A DNA stretch of 64,000 bases from a phage: assembly GCA_028130375.1 (NCBI GenBank), contig GCA_028130375.1_3658.1. The stretch is one strand, 5' to 3'. Numbering within the stretch: position 1 is the stretch's first letter; each line of letters begins with the position of its first letter. The notes under the pieces were generated by a model, which did not search any database, had not been told where the DNA came from, and saw only the letters and a program-made list of their open reading frames with translations. Shown piece by piece: positions 1-9,662 of this stretch. The position numbers and the translations under genes are program-made.

Positions 1-112
1 GGTCAACGTCTAGCGTGACAGGTGTCACAATCTCCTGTCCCACTGTGATCGTTAGTCGTTCTAACTCAAGCTTCCAGGGACCTTGGAACGAGTCTCACTA
101 CTAACCTTTAAA

Positions 113-139
113 GCCCCGCTTCGGCGGGGTTTATTTTTA
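113..139 (+). terminator. Rho-independent terminator (stem ccccgc / gcgggg, ttcg loop, T-run)
   Basis: Perfect 6-bp GC stem with ttcg loop at 114-129 followed by tttatttttat; the same hairpin recurs at 26545-26560. Confidence 0.65.
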
Positions 140-147
140 TGCTCAGA

Positions 148-176
148 TTGACTATTGTTACAAAATTTGGTAAAAT
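148..176 (+). promoter_or_regulatory. sigma70-like promoter TTGACT-17-TAAAAT upstream of baseplate operon
   Basis: TTGACT at 148-153, 17-bp spacer, TAAAAT at 171-176, about 35 bp before the first CDS. Confidence 0.5.
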
Positions 177-209
177 ACCTTGTAGAGATTTTCATACCGG
201 AGGAGTGAC

Positions 210-1700
210 GTGGCTAAGTATGGATTGACAGAGGCTGGTTTCGTTATACCAACCCTAAATGACCTAATCGTTGAAACTAAGCAAAGCCTGATCCGTGCTT
301 TTGGCGAAAACTTCAACGTACAGAGTAACTCCGTTGCAGATAAGCTGACCACTATCTTCAACGAGCGAGAGTATCAACTTATTCTTATGGCAGCATCTGT
401 ATACGCATCACAGACGCTGTATGGGGCAGAAGGTATCTACCTAGATGAGCTTCTTGGAAGACAGGGTATTTACCGAAGAGGCCGTTCTAAATCATCAGGT
501 ACCTGCCAGTTGACAATCAACACAACTGTGCCGTACAATATGATTTATGATTCCAAAACTTATACGCTGGACAGTGGCAACTTTGTTCTTAGCAACGATG
601 TGCAAGTAGCAGGGAATCTTATTGCTCACAGAATAAATGCTCCAGACCTAAGGATTGGGAAATACAACTTCCAAATTACCAACCAGACAGATGGAAGTAT
701 CAAAACAAAAAGCCTGGTTTTAACAGATAAATCTCTGGACTCTTCTGATTTGCCAAGCTTTTACGGAGAGATTAAGCAATTCATTGTCGATAATACAACC
801 CTGTTGAACGACGATTTGATTCAGATCGATATGTTGACAGGAACGTTGTGGATAGGGTACAATTCGAATCTTGATCAAGTTGGACTTAACAGTAGGGTAG
901 ATTTCAGAGTATCCCCGATTGTAGGGGAAAGAACTATCACACTGGATGTTATCGCTAACGAGGCTGGTGAGCTGTCAAGAGAAGCAGAAACCGTGACAAC
1001 AATGTCACCTACTCCTAGTGGATTTATCAAGCTTACCAACCGAGAAAGATTCAATGAGGGCAGGGATGTTGAGAAAGACTCAGAGTATCGCTTAAGAGCT
1101 TCCAGCACAAAACAGTTAACATCTAAGGCTACCCGTCCTGCAATCCTTAGCGCTGTAAGCGAGGTGAAAGGTGTTGAGAAAGTGAGAGTGTTCTCCAACA
1201 ACACCGATAAAACTGATGCTAAAGGTATACCTCCTTACAAGTTCCAAGTGGTTGTGTTTGGTGGTGCAACAGAAGACATTTGCCAAGCACTTTACCAAAC
1301 TATAGCCTGTACGAACAGGACTTATGGTAATATTTTCTACGATGTCACTACATCTGACGGTCAAACTGAAAGAATTTATTACTCCAAGGCAAACACCTAC
1401 CGCCTAGATGTAAGAATTACCTACTCCGGTGCTGCGCTTTCTACAACCGAAAAAGATGCCATTATAGAGGCTCTTTTGCAGGTTGTTAACGGACTGGATG
1501 TTGCAGATACGTTGTATAATATCCAATTGGTAGGTGCTGCATCTGCTGCTGTGTCAATAGGTAGATTTAATAGGCTGGTAATTCAAGTTAAATCCGTAGG
1601 AGCTTCTGATGAAGCTTACACTACAAACGATATTGTTGCGAACATGACCGAGGTGTTTGACCTCGACGAAAGTAATATAACTTTCCAACAAACTATTTAA
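210..1700 (+). CDS. Baseplate J-like (wedge) protein
   Basis: 496-aa ORF heading a run of tail genes; N-terminal region resembles baseplate J / Mu gp47-type proteins from memory; no search done. Confidence 0.5.
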   Translation: MAKYGLTEAGFVIPTLNDLIVETKQSLIRAFGENFNVQSNSVADKLTTIFNEREYQLILMAASVYASQTLYGAEGIYLDELLGRQGIYRRGRSKSSGTCQLTINTTVPYNMIYDSKTYTLDSGNFVLSNDVQVAGNLIAHRINAPDLRIGKYNFQITNQTDGSIKTKSLVLTDKSLDSSDLPSFYGEIKQFIVDNTTLLNDDLIQIDMLTGTLWIGYNSNLDQVGLNSRVDFRVSPIVGERTITLDVIANEAGELSREAETVTTMSPTPSGFIKLTNRERFNEGRDVEKDSEYRLRASSTKQLTSKATRPAILSAVSEVKGVEKVRVFSNNTDKTDAKGIPPYKFQVVVFGGATEDICQALYQTIACTNRTYGNIFYDVTTSDGQTERIYYSKANTYRLDVRITYSGAALSTTEKDAIIEALLQVVNGLDVADTLYNIQLVGAASAAVSIGRFNRLVIQVKSVGASDEAYTTNDIVANMTEVFDLDESNITFQQTI

Positions 1701-1711
1701 GGCGGCGAGAT

Positions 1712-2398
1712 ATGGCAGAGATTAAGTCGGATGTTAATCACATCCACACTCTGCCAGATTTTGTTCAGGGAGGTCTTGACTACCTGCCTGGAGATTTTCT
1801 GGCTGAGAAGGTTAATTTAGTCACATTCTTAACCGTATACCTTAAAAGGTTGGAGGATGTTGATAAGATGCTGGTAGGTTTGGCTGAAGGAAGATTGCTT
1901 AACAATGCCAGCGGAAGATACCTTGACGAAGTTGGTAATCAACTTGGTATTCTTAGGAATGGACTTTCAGATGCTGATTTTCGTGCCACACTAATTATTC
2001 AGCAGGCCGCAGCATCAAGGGGCGGGACTCGCGAAGATGTCATCTCCACCTTGCGACAATTGTTCGGAAGAGACAATTTCGATACGTGGAAAGGAGACAA
2101 CTTCAGGTTTGACATAAATATTAGAAAAACTTGCTTTGACATATTGCAGTCTATCGATCAGATCTTAGATATGCTACCATTACCTTGTCATTTGCGTCTT
2201 ACAGAATCGCAAGGGCAAGCTTTTGGTTTTGAAGGGGACTCTACAGCTCTTGGCTTCGGATCAGTGTGGGAAGAAAACCAATTCGGAGTTGGTGGTCTGG
2301 CTACTTTGCTATATGTTCCTGACGTAAGACCTGATTGGGACACCACAACCATTTATTGTGAAAGTATTACAGTAAACGCAACTAGACAGGAGGGTTAA
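1712..2398 (+). CDS. Putative baseplate/tail protein (P2 gpI-like position)
   Basis: 228-aa ORF immediately after the baseplate J-like gene, 11-bp gap; assignment is positional. Confidence 0.35.
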   Translation: MAEIKSDVNHIHTLPDFVQGGLDYLPGDFLAEKVNLVTFLTVYLKRLEDVDKMLVGLAEGRLLNNASGRYLDEVGNQLGILRNGLSDADFRATLIIQQAAASRGGTREDVISTLRQLFGRDNFDTWKGDNFRFDINIRKTCFDILQSIDQILDMLPLPCHLRLTESQGQAFGFEGDSTALGFGSVWEENQFGVGGLATLLYVPDVRPDWDTTTIYCESITVNATRQEG

Positions 2399-4470
2399 TG
2401 GCAACAGCTGTTTTTAAACCTTACCGTGATTACTCTACAATGGCTGCACGGTTTCATTACCGAACAGTTCAGGATACTGCCGTTCCTGGTAGGGATTATG
2501 ATCATGTTGAGGGCGATGTAACTATCCCAGTTGGGGCAACCAGTATTGAGATCCCCGTGGAAATTGTTGACAAATTACCCAACAGGTTGCCAAGAAGCTT
2601 CTTTATGGAGTTTTCATCAAAATCTCAAGGGGTGATGATTGGAACACAAAGGGCGAAATGTACAATAGTTTCAGATGAGAATCTTGACAGGATATCTTGG
2701 GATACTATTGAGGAGAGAATGTTTCACCCAAGATATTGGGTTACAACCACTCAGCAGACTGAAAGTACCTGTATTGTTGCAGATAACAACTGTTGTATTA
2801 ACCGTTTAGTGTCAAGAACATATGGAGGTATGGCTGGGTGCATTTGGGAAACAGTTGACAAGTATGACCATTTCGGTATTGGGTTTGATGATCACTATGA
2901 GATGAGAAACACCAAGCTTTGGTTCAGAATGTCAATAACCAACGCCAGCAACTTCTCCACTCCTGAAAAGATGATTATGACTGTAGACCTTGTTGATGGC
3001 ACAATCATCTATGTTCCTTTAGCTCAATATGCTGTCAGCATCTCAGAGGATAAGAATGTTGCAGAAATTCATATTGATTTTGAGGACTGCGTCGGGATGG
3101 ACCAGAACAACAACATGATGGGTGTTGATCCTCGGCAGGTGAGAAGGATTTTAATACCGCTTATGCCTAAAGACTGGGTAAGTAATAGCACAGACCCGAG
3201 AACGGAAAATGTAGAGTGTGAGTTGCGCCTAGATCTGCTTCAGCCAGACACAGGCTGGAAAATGATGCAACTTAACAATATCCAGGTGAGAGAGCACGAT
3301 GTTGGGATCTGCACCGCATATGACGATATGTGGAACGTGTCTCCTTTAAGGGTGTTGAACAATATCAAGCGTCTGGGCTATACCGGAACCATAAACCATT
3401 ATGTTGGTATGAGTCATTATTATGACTACACATGGTCAGGAACCCAATGGTCTATAAACAGAACAGGAGCGCTAAACGCTGCAGCTTATAAATGGCATGA
3501 TGATTTTATGTACAATGCCAAACGACATAACTTCGACGTTATGCAATCTGTAAGTTTTGAGCTTTTCAGCGATGCCTGCCCGTTGGAATGGACCCAAAGA
3601 GACTGGAACGATAACTACGCTAAAACAGGGTATACACCTTGTAGCTACCTCCTGTCTCCAACCATTGAAGAGGGTATGAATTTCCTTACTGCAGTATTTA
3701 AGAATTTTGCATCAGCCGCTATGAGAAACAACCTGCCAGTGATTATGCAGGTTGGTGAACCGTGGTGGTGGTACAATACCGATACTCGTAGACCTTGTAT
3801 TTATGATTACCCTACAAAACAGGCGTTTTATGATGAGACAGGCGAGTATGCATTAGATATTGGGACTATTGACGATCCTAAAACTGGAGGTGTTTACGAT
3901 AAGTATGTAGCATTTTGTCGTGGTAAGCTTGGCGCTCGTATTGCGGCTATTTCAAAGGCAATAAAGGCACACGCTGCATCAGCTCAGATGACAGCTCTGC
4001 TGTTTTTCCCAACCATTATGGAAACCGAGCTTACGCAAAAGCTTAACCTTGCTGACCAATATAAAAAGGAAGCAGGTGCTCTTGATTTCTTCTGCACCGA
4101 GTGCTACGATTGGGTGATGCAGGGAGGTATTGAAAAGGCAAAAGAGTCTGTAAACATACCTATCGTTAAGTTAGGTTGGCAACCGTCTGAAATACAATAC
4201 CTTGCAGGGTTCGTTCCTAGTAAAGAGCTTGCTCCGGTATATGGTTACGACCCAACCAGGAATTACCAAGAATTTTTATGGAGATGTATTTGCGGAAACA
4301 TGGCAACTATAGAGTATAGATATCCTGAGGTAAAACAGTATGTGTGGGCATACCCGCAAGTAATGTCTGACAGCATCACTGTTACCGCTAGAGATTCTAC
4401 CGTGCTTCATATGGGGCAGGTTGCTCTGAAAGGGTATGTAGAAGATGTTGTCCCGCCAGACTTCTCATAA
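2398..4470 (+). CDS. Putative baseplate or tail-fibre structural protein
   Basis: 690-aa ORF, start overlaps upstream stop (ATGG), sits in the structural operon. Confidence 0.4.
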   Translation: MATAVFKPYRDYSTMAARFHYRTVQDTAVPGRDYDHVEGDVTIPVGATSIEIPVEIVDKLPNRLPRSFFMEFSSKSQGVMIGTQRAKCTIVSDENLDRISWDTIEERMFHPRYWVTTTQQTESTCIVADNNCCINRLVSRTYGGMAGCIWETVDKYDHFGIGFDDHYEMRNTKLWFRMSITNASNFSTPEKMIMTVDLVDGTIIYVPLAQYAVSISEDKNVAEIHIDFEDCVGMDQNNNMMGVDPRQVRRILIPLMPKDWVSNSTDPRTENVECELRLDLLQPDTGWKMMQLNNIQVREHDVGICTAYDDMWNVSPLRVLNNIKRLGYTGTINHYVGMSHYYDYTWSGTQWSINRTGALNAAAYKWHDDFMYNAKRHNFDVMQSVSFELFSDACPLEWTQRDWNDNYAKTGYTPCSYLLSPTIEEGMNFLTAVFKNFASAAMRNNLPVIMQVGEPWWWYNTDTRRPCIYDYPTKQAFYDETGEYALDIGTIDDPKTGGVYDKYVAFCRGKLGARIAAISKAIKAHAASAQMTALLFFPTIMETELTQKLNLADQYKKEAGALDFFCTECYDWVMQGGIEKAKESVNIPIVKLGWQPSEIQYLAGFVPSKELAPVYGYDPTRNYQEFLWRCICGNMATIEYRYPEVKQYVWAYPQVMSDSITVTARDSTVLHMGQVALKGYVEDVVPPDFS

Positions 4471-4482
4471 TCAGGAGATAAA

Positions 4483-5523
4483 ATGTCAAAACCTAGTTTT
4501 CCATTAGAGATTTGGGCAGAGGAGGATCAGGTTCTGCCTAACACCCACAGACAGAACAGGCTACGCCCGATTGATGATTTGTGGAGAAAAGGTTGGGATC
4601 TTGGTCAAAAGCCCTCATGTGAAGAACTTAACTATATTTTCAATATGCTCGGGACTTGGGCAAAATACATTGCTGACGAGCAGATCCCAGCTCAAGAAGG
4701 CCGTTATCTGGTACGTGATAATAACTTGAGCGATCTTTTGAACATTCCTGTTGCCCGTAGAAACCTTGGGATTATCACTAAGGAAGAGGCAGACGCCAGG
4801 TATGTAAAAGTTACAGGTGATACAATGACAGGCCCCTTGGGGTTGCAACGTATCAACTTTAAAGCTGCCGAGACAGATAAGGCTTGGATAGAGACAACTA
4901 TTGGCCCAGATAAGACAACCCTCGACTTTGGGTTAAGTGATAATACCGGGCCGTTTGATGATGGTGGTACATCTACAGTAGATGCGTTTCGTTGGAGATT
5001 CCAGCCAACTCAGCCGGATATTAATCCAGAGTTCACTTTGATGTACCTTAACGCGATCACGGCTAATCGTGCGCTGTTGAAAGTGGTAGGCAATGTTGAA
5101 GTTGTTGATAACATGAGGTGCAATAACCTTACTATCAGCAATACAGCAACATTCACCAACTGTAATGTGGCCAGTCAGTTGACGGCTGGGTCAGTATATG
5201 TTAATGGTGGTGCAAGTTGTGACAGTATGGTTGTAAGAAGCCAGCACTGTGTTGTCGGCAACAGAAATGTGGTGCGCTCCGTGAATGGAGTGACGGCTAA
5301 CGGTAACGGTGATGTAACGATCACTATCCCGCAGACAGGTGTGCAAGACATCAGAATCGGTGCAAGACTTGTGGACGGCGTTTCTGAATCTCCAATCCGC
5401 AACGGATACGTTGTCACAGGCTGGCATTTCGGTGACAAAAAAGAGATGCGTGGTTCAACCTACTGGGCAGGACCTTTACAAAAACTTGTAAATGGTCAAT
5501 GGATCACTGTTAATTATGCATAG
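4483..5523 (+). CDS. Tail fibre protein, copy 1
   Basis: 346 aa; conserved fibre-type N-terminus (PLEIWAEEDQV...W..G), followed directly by a Tfa-type chaperone gene; C-terminal 20 aa nearly identical to the 6538-7581 product. Confidence 0.55.
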   Translation: MSKPSFPLEIWAEEDQVLPNTHRQNRLRPIDDLWRKGWDLGQKPSCEELNYIFNMLGTWAKYIADEQIPAQEGRYLVRDNNLSDLLNIPVARRNLGIITKEEADARYVKVTGDTMTGPLGLQRINFKAAETDKAWIETTIGPDKTTLDFGLSDNTGPFDDGGTSTVDAFRWRFQPTQPDINPEFTLMYLNAITANRALLKVVGNVEVVDNMRCNNLTISNTATFTNCNVASQLTAGSVYVNGGASCDSMVVRSQHCVVGNRNVVRSVNGVTANGNGDVTITIPQTGVQDIRIGARLVDGVSESPIRNGYVVTGWHFGDKKEMRGSTYWAGPLQKLVNGQWITVNYA

Positions 5524-5537
5524 ATCGGAGGACTAGC

Positions 5538-6122
5538 ATGAAAATACTTCAAGAGTTTAAACTTTACCAACCGGGATCTGGCGAATACCACTCCAACAAG
5601 GAAACCAAGGAGCTGACCCCTCAAGAGGTCGAGGATTACACCGCATACACTGGGTATTTTTTACGTAATGATGATGGTGATTGGTATGTGCAGTCACGAA
5701 CATTACGACAAGAAAATCCAGGTTGTATCTTCCTACTTGTTGACGAGAAGGGAATTCTTAAGACATCTACAGAAGAACCTGATGCCTTATGGCCTGCTCC
5801 AGGTCTTCGTGTGGTTATCGCCAAAAAAGAAGAGGTACCAGAAAACATTATGCTTCACCACGACGCTTTGCGTTTAGTTGGTGATGAATTTGTCACAGAC
5901 AATGAATTCTTTGTTCAACAGGCAGAGGGTGTCATAGAGACAGAACTTGCTTGGGCTACTGCTAGAATTGGTGCCTATCAAGACATGATTGACCTTGAAT
6001 ATGATCTTACTGATGACCAGAAACGTAACATCAGAGATTTGAAAATGTACAGGGTAAAACTTCTTGAAATAGATACATCTAAAGCCCCTGACATTTTCTT
6101 CCCGGAGCGACCTACCCTCTAA
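5538..6122 (+). CDS. Tail fibre assembly chaperone (Tfa family)
   Basis: 194 aa; C-terminus RNIRDLKMYRVKLLEIDTSKAPDIFFPERP matches the characteristic Tfa motif (YR..L..vD.S.APDI.WP..P) of lambda Tfa / Mu U / P2 G. Confidence 0.7.
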   Translation: MKILQEFKLYQPGSGEYHSNKETKELTPQEVEDYTAYTGYFLRNDDGDWYVQSRTLRQENPGCIFLLVDEKGILKTSTEEPDALWPAPGLRVVIAKKEEVPENIMLHHDALRLVGDEFVTDNEFFVQQAEGVIETELAWATARIGAYQDMIDLEYDLTDDQKRNIRDLKMYRVKLLEIDTSKAPDIFFPERPTL

Positions 6123-6133
6123 GAGGAGGTGTT

Positions 6134-6448
6134 GTGGAGTTGGATTTGGCGGCATTGTACGGTATCTGCATGGGTACCGTTGTCCCGATCTGTGTATGGG
6201 CTTTCAACCAGTGGCACACCAAATGGAAAGGCATTTCCAAGAGGTTGGATGAGCTGGAGAAAGACCTCATCTTAGTGAAAAACAGTATGGTTACAAAAGA
6301 TAAACTTGATTCCGTTATAGAGACCCGGTTAAGCAAGCTAGAGGCCGATATTAACGACCTTAAGCAGGATGTCAGGACAGATGTCTCCGGCATCAGAGCC
6401 GATGTACAAAAGATTTTGCACATGCTCGTAGAGCATAGTAAAAGGTAA
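6134..6448 (+). CDS. Membrane-anchored coiled-coil protein
   Basis: 104 aa; N-terminal hydrophobic segment LAALYGICMGTVVPICVWAF then heptad-like charged region; GTG/TTG start just after RBS agaggagg. Confidence 0.4.
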   Translation: MELDLAALYGICMGTVVPICVWAFNQWHTKWKGISKRLDELEKDLILVKNSMVTKDKLDSVIETRLSKLEADINDLKQDVRTDVSGIRADVQKILHMLVEHSKR

Positions 6449-6457
6449 ACAAAGGTC

Positions 6458-6490
6458 AGAACGGAAAGGACTCCGTTCTTGCATTTTGTT
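6458..6490 (+). terminator. Putative terminator hairpin (weak T-run)
   Basis: Stem agaacgga / tccgttct (6458-6479) followed by T-rich tract; overlaps the next promoter. Confidence 0.4.
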
Positions 6491-6507
6491 CTCTAAAGTG
6501 TTAAAAT
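6479..6507 (+). promoter_or_regulatory. sigma70-like promoter TTGCAT-17-TAAAAT for second tail-fibre gene
   Basis: TTGCAT 6479-6484, 17-bp spacer, TAAAAT 6502-6507, about 30 bp before the 6538 start. Confidence 0.5.
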
Positions 6508-6537
6508 AGTCCTAAGGAATTTTCTCAGGAGAACGCG

Positions 6538-7581
6538 ATGACTAAACCAGTTATCCCTCTTGATATTTGGGCCAATCAGGATGTTGTGCTTGAAAATACA
6601 GGAGAGTTGAATAAGTCTCAACCAAAAAAAGAAGAGAGATTGAAAGGTTGGGATATGACACAAAGAGTGGCATGTGAAGTTGTTAACTTTGAACTTCACA
6701 TGCTTTCTGCGTGGTTAAAGCATCTAACAGAAGATGTTGTCCCAGGATGGGATAATAGATTCTTAAGGGTCACTAATAATCTAGCAGACGTTCCAGACAA
6801 AGCTGCTGCACGTCAAGTTCTCAATGTATACTCGCCTGAAGAAATGGACGATCTGTATGTTGACAAGTCTGGAGACATAATGACTCAGACTCAAACTTTA
6901 GGTCTTCAAAGAATCGAGTTTGCATCTGCGTCAACAGACAATGCGGCAATATATACCACCATAACTCCAGACAAGACGACGATGGATTTCTGGATTATGG
7001 ACAACATCGGTGGTGCTGACGGCACAGACCTTGATGATCCTTCTCACCAAATAGACGGGTTCCGTTGGAGATTTCAACCTTCTGGTGGGCAGCCTGTGTT
7101 TTCGGCTATGAAGCTCAATGCTATAACTGCCAACCGTGCAAGACTGGCTATCCAAGGAAATCTTGAATGCAACGATGCAAAAAGTTCCTCTGCAAATGCC
7201 AATGCGGTCACGATACCAAGAGCCACTGTTAACGGACAACAATCCTGCGGAAGCGCTCAAATAGGTGGAAGAGTTGATTGTAACGATGAAACAGTCAGGG
7301 GTCAATATGCAACAGTTGGTGGAAGAAACGTGGTCCGCAGGGTAAATGGTAACGGCGCAGACAGTAGTGGTAACCTTACTATCCCTATGCCCAGCAGAGG
7401 GGTTGATGATGTAAGGATAGCAAACCGTTTCAAAACCACCTACAGAGAGTCAAGAGTCTACCCTGGACATGTGATGTGCTCTGGTAACTACGCTTATAAA
7501 CACCCTTATCAAGGTGATTACTGGACAGGTGCTATCCAAAAACTTGTAAATGGTCAATGGATCACTATATCTTATGCTTAA
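6538..7581 (+). CDS. Tail fibre protein, copy 2 (paralog of 4483-5523)
   Basis: 347 aa; N-terminus PLDIWANQDVV and C-terminus YWTGAIQKLVNGQWITISYA parallel copy 1; central region divergent. Confidence 0.55.
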   Translation: MTKPVIPLDIWANQDVVLENTGELNKSQPKKEERLKGWDMTQRVACEVVNFELHMLSAWLKHLTEDVVPGWDNRFLRVTNNLADVPDKAAARQVLNVYSPEEMDDLYVDKSGDIMTQTQTLGLQRIEFASASTDNAAIYTTITPDKTTMDFWIMDNIGGADGTDLDDPSHQIDGFRWRFQPSGGQPVFSAMKLNAITANRARLAIQGNLECNDAKSSSANANAVTIPRATVNGQQSCGSAQIGGRVDCNDETVRGQYATVGGRNVVRRVNGNGADSSGNLTIPMPSRGVDDVRIANRFKTTYRESRVYPGHVMCSGNYAYKHPYQGDYWTGAIQKLVNGQWITISYA

Positions 7582-7592
7582 AAAGAGGGTAA

Positions 7593-7859
7593 ATGAAACT
7601 AACTCAGTTTTTATGGGGACTGGTTGCGGCATCTGATGACCCTACGAAAGTGTCCCAATCTAAGCTATGGTCTAACATAGGCATGGCGGTGATGACTGGG
7701 GTGTTTATTCATATGGGGTATAATGATACGCTACCTGAATGGTATGCGTGGATATACGCGCCTTCAGTAGCTTGCCCCCAGCTTATTAGCAAATTCATCT
7801 CGCTCCGGTGGGGTTGCCAGCACCCTGACCACGTTAAAAACGAAGAGCAAAAAGCTTAA
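7593..7859 (+). CDS. Hypothetical small protein, possibly membrane-associated
   Basis: 88 aa with hydrophobic segments (SNIGMAVMTGVFIHMGY); follows fibre copy 2. Confidence 0.35.
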   Translation: MKLTQFLWGLVAASDDPTKVSQSKLWSNIGMAVMTGVFIHMGYNDTLPEWYAWIYAPSVACPQLISKFISLRWGCQHPDHVKNEEQKA

Positions 7860-7868
7860 GGAGAAATC

Positions 7869-9614
7869 ATGGCGCAAGACATGACAAGCTTTGAGCAGGC
7901 GGTAGATCAAGTAATTGTTGATTCTGAACGTTTGCACTTGGTTGTCAACGGTAACGCTGTGGATGAAGTTGTCGTAGAGGATGGGACCACCATCCCTACG
8001 GTACGAAAAGCCATGCTTGACAACCTTTATTTTAAAACGCCACCGATCCCTTGGGCGTATGGTGCATCCACAACAGTTTTTAACCAGCTGTATGAGTTTA
8101 AAGGGGACACAGGCCCTCAGTGGTGGTACGCTCCCGCAGCATCAAAATCTAACCCGGTTAGAATGCCAGCAGATCCTTCACAATCTCCAAACTGGAGATT
8201 ATACACCGATTCTGCAGTAATGGCAAAATATTACGCAAAACTTAACAGCCCAAGGTTCGAAGGTGACCCGCGAGTACCTACACCTCCAATGGACGATAAG
8301 TCAGAGTCTATAGCAAACACAGAGTTTGTTGTTGACTATGTTGATAGCATATTTGAAGCCATGGAGGGGATGAAAGTTACTGTAGGGTCTTTGGTGGTAA
8401 AAGGTCTTACAGAACTCGCCAACACCATAGTTGGAGGCACCCTTACCTTACATGGGCCTGTTAATGGAGCAGATTCTACTGCACGCTTCAGGAACCTAAT
8501 CCTCACGGCAAATACTTCTACACTCACTTTTGCGTGGAGCGATCCTAAGCATGCAGACTGGAGAAGCACAGAGCTGCAACCTCATGAAGTGTCCACCCAC
8601 AGGATTATAGCTGACACTATAACTTCCGGGAAACCAGTGGCTAATAATAACGATGTGCATTTTGATGGTCTGGGTAATAACTTTTTTGACTACGTGTACA
8701 TTCGTGGTAATGCCATGAAGTCAGCAACCGAACCGACATTGCAGGTCGATGGGACCACCAGGGTTAAGAACCTTGAGGTGACAGGCACCGTTACAGGGAT
8801 AACCTACTCTGTAGATGGCACCATGATCTACCCTAGCTATATTGAAAGCACGGGTGACGCATTAATAAATGGTGATTTGGAGGTTGGCGGGTCTGTAGTT
8901 ATTCGAGGTACGGCCTCTATCCAAAACATAGCTCTGAATACCTTAAGAGTCAATGAGCGTGCAACTTTTGAAGGAGAAGGGCTTACAGCCAACAAAGGTG
9001 TAATTACCGAGCTGACAACAACCACTTTAACTGCAACAACTGCAAACTCTGAAAACTGCAACGTTACCCGCAACTTGCAGGTAAATGGAGATGTCAGTTT
9101 AAACGCAGCAGGGACTGGCACCACCTCTGTTCACAACCTTGAAATATCCGGCACGGTGACCGGATGGCTGCCAGACTTCTCTAATGTCAACTTTGTCTGT
9201 AATGGCATTAACTCCAGTGGTAAGATAACCACCTCTCAAGAAATTGAGGCTGGTAAAACCATCACTGCCCCTACTTTCCACGCAGGGAAGGTAGATTTCG
9301 ATTTAGAGGAGGTTGACGCGTCCAGTGGGACATGGACACCTAACGGGCAGGCCAGTATGTATGTTGTCCACGCTAAAGGGGATTTTACAATAGGGCAGTG
9401 GCCTGGGACATCAGCGGAAGATAAACCTTATCCGTTCACTGCGGTTATCTATGTAATTCAGGATGCTGTAGGTCACAACGTGACTTTGCACGATAAGTAT
9501 GCTATCCTGTCGGCAACACCTGTTATTAACAACAGGGCTAACAGTGTTACCTTGCTGCAATTAACGTATTGTGGTGTTGGTGATATCGTAGACGTAGTAA
9601 TTGCACAACGTTAA
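7869..9614 (+). CDS. Tail fibre / tail spike protein
   Basis: 581 aa, Thr/Gly/Asn-rich with repeated TGTVTG-type motifs typical of beta-structured fibre shafts. Confidence 0.5.
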   Translation: MAQDMTSFEQAVDQVIVDSERLHLVVNGNAVDEVVVEDGTTIPTVRKAMLDNLYFKTPPIPWAYGASTTVFNQLYEFKGDTGPQWWYAPAASKSNPVRMPADPSQSPNWRLYTDSAVMAKYYAKLNSPRFEGDPRVPTPPMDDKSESIANTEFVVDYVDSIFEAMEGMKVTVGSLVVKGLTELANTIVGGTLTLHGPVNGADSTARFRNLILTANTSTLTFAWSDPKHADWRSTELQPHEVSTHRIIADTITSGKPVANNNDVHFDGLGNNFFDYVYIRGNAMKSATEPTLQVDGTTRVKNLEVTGTVTGITYSVDGTMIYPSYIESTGDALINGDLEVGGSVVIRGTASIQNIALNTLRVNERATFEGEGLTANKGVITELTTTTLTATTANSENCNVTRNLQVNGDVSLNAAGTGTTSVHNLEISGTVTGWLPDFSNVNFVCNGINSSGKITTSQEIEAGKTITAPTFHAGKVDFDLEEVDASSGTWTPNGQASMYVVHAKGDFTIGQWPGTSAEDKPYPFTAVIYVIQDAVGHNVTLHDKYAILSATPVINNRANSVTLLQLTYCGVGDIVDVVIAQR

Positions 9615-9621
9615 TATATCT

Positions 9622-9648
9622 AACCGCTCCTGACGGGGCGGTTTTCTT
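9622..9648 (+). terminator. Putative rho-independent terminator
   Basis: Imperfect hairpin aaccgc..tgac..gcggtt followed by ttttc, just after the 9614 stop. Confidence 0.45.
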
Positions 9649-9662
9649 ATCTGGAGAACACA

